DNA of 64,000 bases, from NCBI GenBank assembly GCA_028278555.1, contig JANQEA010000035.1, positions 152,089-216,088 on the forward strand, in the 5' to 3' direction. The notes beneath the pieces are model-generated. The model did not search any database. It was given only the letters and a program-made list of their open reading frames with translations, and was not told where the DNA came from. The DNA comes from Candidatus Bipolaricaulota bacterium. Lineage in GTDB: Bacteria > Bipolaricaulota > Bipolaricaulia > UBA7950 > UBA9294. How positions within the stretch are numbered: the first letter of the stretch is position 1; each line of letters opens with the position of its first letter. The translations under genes and the position numbers were made by a program. Shown one piece after another: positions 16,745 to 23,782 of the stretch.

Positions 16745-17860
16745 ATGGATCCGATCGATGTTCGTGCCAAGTGGGTCGAGCCTCAGGCCGTCACTTCGTC
16801 TCGCTGCTTCGTCAAGGATCAGCACGACGTCCAGGCTGCCATCCGTGAGCTTCGCGAGAAGGCCGGAGCCACAGCGAGCGGGCCACCCGTCTGTCTCTTT
16901 CTGGGGCACGACCCGGAGAAGGGGTTCGAAGTCGAAATCGGCCTTCCGGTGTCCAATGCGGGATCGATCGGTGACCTCGAGATCAAGACGCTTCCCGGCG
17001 ATCACGTCCTCTGGACGCAGCACATCGGTCCGCACACGAAAGCCAACGGCGCGGCCGGGCTCCGCGAAACGGCCGAGCGGATGTGGGGATTCATTGCCGA
17101 GAAGAACCTTCTCGCCGGCGACAACCCGACACGCTACGTCTACCTCGAAGGGGGAGAGACACACGGCGAGCATGCCGAGCGGTACGTCACGGAGATCCAG
17201 ATCTCCTATCACTTCCCGCTCTGGATCGAGTCGCTCGAACGCGGCTTGAAGGAGCAGACCGGTGCCGAGACGGCCGCAGCCGTGACCGCCGGCGCCGATG
17301 CGGTCCGCCACAACTTCGACTCCGAGACACTCCGGTCGTGGGTCCTCGGAACGCTCGATCGCCTCGACGAATCGGTTCCGTCCGAGCGGACACGCGCCTG
17401 TGTCCTCAACGGGTGTGCCCATCGATACCCGAAGATCCAGCTCCTTCGGATGAAGGCGGCCTACGAAGAAGAAGGCGACATCCTCCGGTTCATCGAACGG
17501 CTCAATCGCGACAACGACCTGTTCCCGGCACGAATCTTCTGGAAGGGTGGGGACCCGAAGAACGTCATTTGCATCGAGAAGGTGATCCCTCCGTGGAATC
17601 GGCAGGCGTACGAGAAGGCAACCGATCCGGTTGAGAAGCGATACCTCGGCTGCTTCTGCTCGCTGGTGAAGGAGGTCATCCGCACCGGCGAGGAGCTGTC
17701 GCCGTCGTTCTGTCACTGCTCCGCCGGGTGGTTCGTCCAGATGTGGGAGACGGTTCTCGATCGAACCCCGATCCGCGTCGACATCGTCGAGTCGGTCCTC
17801 CGCGGAGACGACCGCTGCGTCTTCGCCATCCACCTTCCCGAGGAGCTGTTCGCCAAGTAA
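16745..17860 (+). CDS. GyrI-like (SRPBCC/AraC-effector-binding-like) domain fused to a Cys-rich C-terminal domain
   Basis: The N-terminal ~160 aa resemble GyrI-like small-molecule-binding domains. The C-terminal half carries clustered Cys: CVLNGCAH, GCFCSL, FCHCSAGW and GDDRCVFAI. The last resembles the GD..C.F ending of ATC-hydrolase/DUF6144-like domains. Confidence 0.6.
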   Translation: MDPIDVRAKWVEPQAVTSSRCFVKDQHDVQAAIRELREKAGATASGPPVCLFLGHDPEKGFEVEIGLPVSNAGSIGDLEIKTLPGDHVLWTQHIGPHTKANGAAGLRETAERMWGFIAEKNLLAGDNPTRYVYLEGGETHGEHAERYVTEIQISYHFPLWIESLERGLKEQTGAETAAAVTAGADAVRHNFDSETLRSWVLGTLDRLDESVPSERTRACVLNGCAHRYPKIQLLRMKAAYEEEGDILRFIERLNRDNDLFPARIFWKGGDPKNVICIEKVIPPWNRQAYEKATDPVEKRYLGCFCSLVKEVIRTGEELSPSFCHCSAGWFVQMWETVLDRTPIRVDIVESVLRGDDRCVFAIHLPEELFAK

Positions 17861-17866
17861 TGGGTG

Positions 17867-19096
17867 TCAGAACTCCCACTCTTCGGTGCTGAGCGTGAAG
17901 CCGCTGACGTGCTGTGGAATCGGGTCGTACAACAGCGATTCGCCTGTCCGGATCGCGTGCTCGCCGAAGCGATCTCGGATCCGATCGACTGCCTGATTCA
18001 GCCGCTCACGGCGCTGATCCTCTTGCAACAGAGGCCCGGGAAGACCGGCCTTATCCGTAAGGTTGCGAACTGAGACGCCAATCTGCGTGACCTCCTTCGG
18101 TTTCATGGGGATCTTCCGGAAGGCCGCCAGACAGGCTTGATAGATGCTGTCTCGATCATCGGTAGGCGATGCCAGTGTCACTTGTTTCCCGCGATACTCG
18201 GACGTGTCCGCACGAAACCACGCGTGGACTGTCCGCCCGACGTACCCGAGCCTTCGCAGCCGACGCGCAACCAGATCGCACAAGTTCAGAAGAACTCGAA
18301 GAGCACTCTCGATCTCGCGCAAGTCGGGCCGCAGGGTTCGCGAATGGCCGACCGATTTCGCCGCGGCAGGCTCGGTGTACGGAATCACAGGGTTCGGATC
18401 TCGGCCTTCCCCGACGGCCTTGAGGAATCGACCGTACGCCCCGAATTCGCCTTTCAGATAGGCTTCCGACGCCTTCCCCAGCTCGGCTAGGGTTCGGATC
18501 CCCGCTCTCGCCAACCGTGGTTCGATCCGATGCCCGATCCCGCAGAGCTCCCCGACGGACGTTTCGACCAACAGCTCCGGAATCTCCTCGTCGTCCAGGA
18601 AGCCGATCCCATCCGGCTTGTGTCGATATCCGATCAGCTTGGCAAAGGCCTTGCCCGAGGCAATTCCGATCGTCGCCGTGATGTACTCCCCCAGCTCATC
18701 GCGGAAGTCCGCCTTGATCTCACGCGCCATCGGGATCGGTCCCCCGCGGCGAGGCGCCTCCTGCGTGACGTCCATGAAGACCTCATCGACGCTGAAGACC
18801 TCGATCATTGGGGTGTAACGTTCCAGAATGACAAGGAATTCCTTGGTTGTTGAGAGGTAACGTTCGGCGCGGCCGGGAACGAGTACGAGGCTGGGACAGA
18901 GACGCCGCGCTTCCCAGACCGGCATCCCTGCGATCAATCCGTACTTCTTCGCTTCTCGCGATGCCGCGACGATGATCGACTTCTCCGTTGGGCGACCTGT
19001 GACGCCGATCGGTTTGCCCCGCAGGCTCGGATCATGCTGCTGTTCGACGGACGCGAAGTAGGAGTCCATGTCGAGATGCATGATCACACGTCGCAC
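17867..19096 (-). CDS. dinB: DNA polymerase IV (Y-family translesion polymerase)
   Basis: N-terminus is MHLDMDSYFASVEQ, with SVDEVFMDVT and the overall Y-family layout. 409 aa. Confidence 0.9.
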   Translation of the reverse strand: MRRVIMHLDMDSYFASVEQQHDPSLRGKPIGVTGRPTEKSIIVAASREAKKYGLIAGMPVWEARRLCPSLVLVPGRAERYLSTTKEFLVILERYTPMIEVFSVDEVFMDVTQEAPRRGGPIPMAREIKADFRDELGEYITATIGIASGKAFAKLIGYRHKPDGIGFLDDEEIPELLVETSVGELCGIGHRIEPRLARAGIRTLAELGKASEAYLKGEFGAYGRFLKAVGEGRDPNPVIPYTEPAAAKSVGHSRTLRPDLREIESALRVLLNLCDLVARRLRRLGYVGRTVHAWFRADTSEYRGKQVTLASPTDDRDSIYQACLAAFRKIPMKPKEVTQIGVSVRNLTDKAGLPGPLLQEDQRRERLNQAVDRIRDRFGEHAIRTGESLLYDPIPQHVSGFTLSTEEWEF

Positions 19097-19231
19097 AGTG
19101 CCTCCCGATCGCTCCGTATGCCGATGTCTTCTCGCCCCTCATTGCGGCTGATCGACGCCGTCGGGGACGTTTCCCATCCCACAAGAATACCCTCCGCAAT
19201 CGTTGAGGGAATAGCGAGCGCGAAAACGAGT

Positions 19232-19258
19232 GCGGGACGGCGCGATCGGCCGTCCCGC
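19232..19258 (-). terminator. Putative intrinsic terminator downstream of the DUF885 gene
   Basis: GCGGGACGGC / GCCGTCCCGC forms a 10-bp stem directly after the stop at 19270, followed on the minus strand by actcgttttcg. Confidence 0.45.
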
Positions 19259-19269
19259 GTGAGATGATT

Positions 19270-20910
19270 CTAGAGTTCGAGCGCCTGCCGCATCAGGCGC
19301 GGCGGGAGCGATCCTTGCGAGAGGAGGGTGTCGTGCATCTCGCGGAGGCTCGCGTCCGGATGCGCCTTCTTGTAGTCATCGATCAGATCGAGGATCTGGA
19401 GCTTCCCCATCAGATACGACTGGGGCTGCGTCGGCGTCTGCGTGTACCGCCGAACCTCGGCCGTCGCGTTTGCCGGCTCGAGCTGAACCTTCTCGACCAT
19501 GAAGTCGACCGCTTCCTGAACGGTCATTCCGCGGGTGTGAAGCGACACGTCGAGGATGATCCGCGCGGCACGCCAGAGCTGATCGTGAAGGCGTCCCAGC
19601 CGCTGGATCGGCTTGGCGATCCAGCCGAGCTGCTCCATCAGCTCTTCGCAGTAGAAGGCCCATCCCTCGATGAACAGCGTCGCCAGGAACGATCCCATCC
19701 GCCGCGGAATCGTTTCGGCTCGGTTCGCCCAGACGAGCTGCAAGTGATGCCCCGGATACGCCTCGTGGAGAGCGACAACGGGGAGCTTCACGTGGAAGTG
19801 CCCCTTCAGCTTCGCCTCCTTCTCCTCGTCCGACGCATTCGGATCGACCGGGGTGACGACGAAAATCCCATCCTGCTGTTCTTCGAAGATCCCGGCGTTC
19901 TGGTAGGCGGCGTAGGGGATGAGCGGGCGGATGTAGACGGGGGTCTCGATGATCTTGAGCGACTCGTCCTCGGGGATCGTGACGATCTCGTGATCGATCA
20001 CGTATTGCTTCGCACTCTCCATCGCCTCTTCGTACGCCCGGAGGAGTCCTTCGGCCGTCGGATGATCGTTCTTCGCTTCCTCGAGGAGCTCCTCGACCGA
20101 CTTCGTCGGATCGATCTCCTTCGCGACCTCCTCCATCTGCTTCTTGGTCAGCTCGAACTGCTCCCAGCCGACCTCGATCAATCGGTCGGCGTCGTAGTCG
20201 ACCATGTGGTTCTCGCGGAGGATCTCGTCGAAGAGTTCCTTCCCTACGGCGTACTCGCCTTCGGCGTTCGGGAGGACCTCGTCCCGGATGAACGCGACAT
20301 ACGCCTCCACGGCCTTCGCCGCCTCGGCGCCGACGGCGGCGATTTCCTCGGCGAGGTCGGGGGCCGCCTGCTGCGCAAGACCCGGCAGAAGCGCGCTGAA
20401 GAGCATCGGCGCCATCTGACCCTGTTCGAGTGCCGTCTCCGCCCAGACCCGCGGGACTTCGCTCGGTATGAGGACCGCCTTCGCCTCCTCGAGGACTCTC
20501 GGCACTTGGCGCGTCCGCTCGAGGGCCAGCTTCAACCGTTCGGGGAGCGGAGCGAAGTCCTTCATGAGAAGGAGGATCACGCTCCCGGTGGTCGCATCCA
20601 GGTATTGACCCGGGTTCCGGAACTGACCGCGCTGCTTCTCGTAGCCGCGGACGAAGCCTTTGAAGATCTGCGTCATCAGCGTGTGATCGACGACGGCATC
20701 GTTCGGCCAACCCGTTGTCTCCATCGCGCCCAGCTCGGTTAGGATCTCATGAATCTCTCCGTTCTGTGCATCCTGAGCCGCGCGTGTGAAATCGCCGAGT
20801 CGATCGTCGAAGCGATGATCTCCGAGTTGCGTCGCCGCGATCGGATTCAGCTCCATCAGCCGTTCGATCCAGGCGTCGGAGCGGTCGTAGAAGTGCTTCG
20901 GGTCCGTCAC
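19270..20910 (-). CDS. DUF885-family protein (putative metallopeptidase-like)
   Basis: The family signature HEAYPGHHLQ and overall length (546 aa) fit DUF885. The start is GTG with the SD AAGGAGG. Confidence 0.8.
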   Translation of the reverse strand: MTDPKHFYDRSDAWIERLMELNPIAATQLGDHRFDDRLGDFTRAAQDAQNGEIHEILTELGAMETTGWPNDAVVDHTLMTQIFKGFVRGYEKQRGQFRNPGQYLDATTGSVILLLMKDFAPLPERLKLALERTRQVPRVLEEAKAVLIPSEVPRVWAETALEQGQMAPMLFSALLPGLAQQAAPDLAEEIAAVGAEAAKAVEAYVAFIRDEVLPNAEGEYAVGKELFDEILRENHMVDYDADRLIEVGWEQFELTKKQMEEVAKEIDPTKSVEELLEEAKNDHPTAEGLLRAYEEAMESAKQYVIDHEIVTIPEDESLKIIETPVYIRPLIPYAAYQNAGIFEEQQDGIFVVTPVDPNASDEEKEAKLKGHFHVKLPVVALHEAYPGHHLQLVWANRAETIPRRMGSFLATLFIEGWAFYCEELMEQLGWIAKPIQRLGRLHDQLWRAARIILDVSLHTRGMTVQEAVDFMVEKVQLEPANATAEVRRYTQTPTQPQSYLMGKLQILDLIDDYKKAHPDASLREMHDTLLSQGSLPPRLMRQALEL

Positions 20911-20975
20911 GTCCCAACCTCCTTCTGATTCCTCATTTACATCTGTTTGTCGCAGCTCCGAAGCGTTCGGTTCAG

Positions 20976-21533
20976 CTAGACCTGATAACCGCTGATCTCA
21001 TCCTCCGTCGCCTCGACCCCGAGCCCGAGAACGATCCGGTTGACGAAGTTGAAGTAGGCGACAATCAGGGCGATTGAGAGGATGTCTTCATCGGAGAAGC
21101 CCGCTGTGCGGAGGGACTCGATGTCCTCCTCGATGACGTTCTCCGGGGTCTCGGTCAGCTTCTGCGCGTACTCGAGCGCGACCGTCATTTTCGGGCCGAC
21201 GTCGACCGCCTCGCGATCCTCGACGAAGCGGGCGAGACGTTCCGGATCGCGCCAGTAGTGTCCGAGCGCTTCGGCGTGATGGCGGATGCAATACGGACAG
21301 CGATTCGACGTCGAGACGACGACGGCGATCATCTCGCGCTCCTCGCGGGAGAGGTCGGACCGCGAGAACATCGTCGCCAGGTAGAGATCCATGTGCGCCG
21401 TCATCGCCTCCGGCCGAAGGCTGTGGACGGCCATGATGTTCGACAGCTTCCCGCGCTTCCCCTTGACCCTCTCGAACGCAGCGCGTAGTTCGTCGTCCGC
21501 CTCGTCTTCACCGATCACGCGGATCCAGGCCAT
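20976..21533 (-). CDS. Carboxymuconolactone decarboxylase / AhpD-like 'peroxidase-related enzyme'
   Basis: The CPYC redox motif sits in the context SNRCPYCIRHH. The N-terminus MAWIRVIGEDEAD is typical of the TIGR01926-type family. The start was chosen at ATG 21533. Confidence 0.8.
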   Translation of the reverse strand: MAWIRVIGEDEADDELRAAFERVKGKRGKLSNIMAVHSLRPEAMTAHMDLYLATMFSRSDLSREEREMIAVVVSTSNRCPYCIRHHAEALGHYWRDPERLARFVEDREAVDVGPKMTVALEYAQKLTETPENVIEEDIESLRTAGFSDEDILSIALIVAYFNFVNRIVLGLGVEATEDEISGYQV

Positions 21534-21622
21534 CGATGCCTCCTCAGTCTGGCAGAATGGTCCGATCATATCCCGCCTCTTAGTGCGCATCAGCCGCTAT
21601 CGATCTCGCTCGCTCGATAGCC

Positions 21623-21677
21623 TTGACAATCGAATTCCGGAGCGTATACTGCAGAGTACTTTGCGCTGCAAAGTACT
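21623..21677 (+). promoter_or_regulatory. Sigma70-type promoter plus perfect 10-bp inverted repeat (candidate operator) for the membrane-pair/HTH operon
   Basis: TTGACA (21623-21628), a 16-nt spacer and TATACT (21645-21650) are followed by AGTACTTTGC-gct-GCAAAGTACT (21655-21677), which overlaps the expected transcription start. ATG is at 21693. Confidence 0.45.
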
Positions 21678-21692
21678 TGACGGGAGAGAACT

Positions 21693-22352
21693 ATGAACCA
21701 ACTGAGTCTTCGAAACATCGAGCGCAAGAGCTGGCAAAGCACGATGGGCGGCGGGGTGATCGAGATCATGTTCGGGATCATGATGTTCGCCGGCGCGACG
21801 TCGTATCTCGTCTCCGATCTCGGCGCGCCATCCGCTGCGAGCACCGCTACGTTGATCGCCCTTCACGCCGTGGCGCTTCTATTGATGCTTTGGCTGCGGA
21901 AGCGATACGTCCTTCCGCGGGTCGGGCGGGCCGCCTTCTCGGCGAACCGAAAGCGGCGTCTCCATCGCATGCGGATCCTTCTGGGGATTTGCGTCGCGGT
22001 GACGGTCGCGCTCGTCGTGCTGACGGTCCTCGCAACGCGGACCGGGACCTCTCTCCTCGGGCCCGTTTCGGCCGCTCCCGTGGTTGCCGTCGTTGCCGTG
22101 ATCGTTCTCGTGCCGCTCGGCGCGCTCGCGATCTTCCTCGACTACCCTCGATTCCTCCTTCTTGGCGGATTGGTCGTCGGGGCGGAGGCGATCCTCGCGC
22201 TGCTCGACAAGTACGGTTCGCCGCCGTTCGACCGGACACTCGTCTTCGGCTCGATCGGCCTGATCAGTCTGATCCTCGGGTTGGTCATCTTCGCTCGCTT
22301 CCTCCGCCGCGTACCACGACCCGAACACGAGGTGATCGATCATGCCGGCTAG
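21693..22352 (+). CDS. Polytopic membrane protein, paralog 1 (unknown family)
   Basis: 219 aa with about 5-6 TM helices. Its N-terminal amphipathic segment SLRNIERKSWQS resembles LRELERRVWLRT of the next gene. Confidence 0.6.
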   Translation: MNQLSLRNIERKSWQSTMGGGVIEIMFGIMMFAGATSYLVSDLGAPSAASTATLIALHAVALLLMLWLRKRYVLPRVGRAAFSANRKRRLHRMRILLGICVAVTVALVVLTVLATRTGTSLLGPVSAAPVVAVVAVIVLVPLGALAIFLDYPRFLLLGGLVVGAEAILALLDKYGSPPFDRTLVFGSIGLISLILGLVIFARFLRRVPRPEHEVIDHAG

Positions 22353-22971
22353 TCCGGGATTGAGGGAACTCGAGCGGCGCGTCTGGCTGCGGACATTCGA
22401 ACACGGGCTCTGGGACGTCGCCATCGGCCTGCTGTTACTGGCGTTCGGGATCGGCATCCTGACGGAGTTCTACTGGCTCTCCGCCATCATCGTTCCGGTC
22501 AGCCTGCCTGCGATGCGAGACCTTGCCCGACGGGCGATTGTCCCGAGGATCGGGCACGCGACGTTCCGCGGGCGGCGAAAGAGGAGCCTTGTTCACGTTC
22601 AGCTGATCCTGACCGGCCTCGCCGTCGCCGGTGCCGGGATGTTCGCGTTCACGAGCTTCGCGTCACGGGGGACGGCGCCCGACTGGATGCTCTGGATACG
22701 GTCTCACTTCATCGTCGTCATCGGGCTGATCTGGGGCGGGGCACTCGGCGTCGCCGGGTGGACCGTCGATTTTCCCCGTCTCTACGCGTACGGCGCGATC
22801 CTCTTCGGAGCTCTGCTCGCCGTCGACCTCATCCCATCCGGCTACCACCTTGCCCACGCGCTGATCGCCGTCGGCGGACTGATCGCGCTCGTCGGGGCCG
22901 CGCTGTTCATCCGCTTCACCCGTCGGTATCCGCGTCACCCCAAACCGCTCGAAGGAGCGGCCGATGACTGA
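22342..22971 (+). CDS. Polytopic membrane protein, paralog 2 (unknown family)
   Basis: 209 aa with the same topology as, and recognisable similarity to, the preceding gene. It overlaps both neighbours (11 nt and 8 nt). Confidence 0.6.
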   Translation: MPASPGLRELERRVWLRTFEHGLWDVAIGLLLLAFGIGILTEFYWLSAIIVPVSLPAMRDLARRAIVPRIGHATFRGRRKRSLVHVQLILTGLAVAGAGMFAFTSFASRGTAPDWMLWIRSHFIVVIGLIWGGALGVAGWTVDFPRLYAYGAILFGALLAVDLIPSGYHLAHALIAVGGLIALVGAALFIRFTRRYPRHPKPLEGAADD

Positions 22972-23284
22972 GGCGGAGCGCGACGATGCCCGCGGCCTGC
23001 AGATCGACCGCGCGATTCACGAGCCAGCACGCCTGCTGATCACCGCCCACCTCTACGTCGTCGAATCGGCCGACTACGTGTTCCTGATGGGGAACACCGG
23101 CCTGACATGGGGAAACCTCTCGTCGCACCTCTCCAAATTGGAGGCCACCGGCTACGTCGAGATCACCAAGGAGTTCGTCGAGAAGAAACCGCACACGATG
23201 GTCAAGCTGACGGAAGAAGGCCGGACGGCGTTCGACACCTATCGCCGCCAGATGAAGGCCCTGTTCGAGGATCTCCCGGACTGA
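22964..23284 (+). CDS. Winged-helix transcriptional regulator (HTH_34 / PF13601-like)
   Basis: IHEPARLLITAHLY...FVFLMGNTGLTWGNLSSHLSKLEATGYVEITKEFVEKKPHTMVKLTEEGRTAF matches the HTH_34 consensus pattern (hePvRL...GNLs.Hl.kLe.aGYv...K.f.grkP.T...lT..Gr.af). Confidence 0.8.
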   Translation: MTEAERDDARGLQIDRAIHEPARLLITAHLYVVESADYVFLMGNTGLTWGNLSSHLSKLEATGYVEITKEFVEKKPHTMVKLTEEGRTAFDTYRRQMKALFEDLPD

Positions 23285-23316
23285 CAAGCGCAACCACCCG
23301 ATGGAGGAGGTGACCT

Positions 23317-23400
23317 ATGGAAGGAACCACGTGGATCCTGATCGGCCTCGGCGTTCTCGCCGTGATCGGCGCGATTATCCTCCTGTCACAGGCGAAGTAG
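23317..23400 (+). CDS. Candidate 27-aa single-TM micropeptide (MEGTTWILIGLGVLAVIGAIILLSQAK)
   Basis: A strong SD GGAGGAGG (23303-23310) precedes ATG 23317. The ORF has a hydrophobic core and a basic C-terminus and ends at TAG 23398-23400. It is absent from the ORF track because of its size. Confidence 0.35.
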   Translation: MEGTTWILIGLGVLAVIGAIILLSQAK

Positions 23401-23729
23401 AACATCTGGTCCGCCCGGTCGTTCTTCTTACGGCCGGGCATCTGTTTCCTCGACCGGATCGGCAATCCGAGATCGACGGCCAGGCTTCCGGACAGAAGGA
23501 CGGCGTCGATCACCCGGCTGAAGCTACCGGAACGTAAGCTTCACGGAACCGAGGTCGACTCGGACTCTCCAGCCTGTAGCCCCTATCGTGATGTACACAA
23601 CGACGTTCATGTCCCTCCTTGCACATCCAAGCGGTTCTCAGGACTGGCTCGTGAAGGTCGCATGCCGATTGCAGTGTAAGACCCAACCCTAATTCCGCGT
23701 AGCTCGTCTGTTCACATGAATGCTCAGAT

Positions 23730-23759
23730 TTGACATTCACAGAACTTCCATGATATACG
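23730..23759 (+). promoter_or_regulatory. Possible sigma70-type promoter of the glycine-rich protein gene
   Basis: TTGACA (23730-23735) is followed 16-18 nt later by a -10-like gATATAC region (23752-23759), in an AT-rich 380-nt non-coding stretch. Confidence 0.35.
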
Positions 23760-23782
23760 GTCCCTGATTTCGACTATGGGAG

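Noticed and set aside
19097-19231. An SOS/LexA box was looked for upstream of dinB.
   Set aside because: No CTGT-N8-ACAG, CGAAC-N4-GTTCG or GAAC-N4-GTTC-type palindrome was found by eye. No claim is made.
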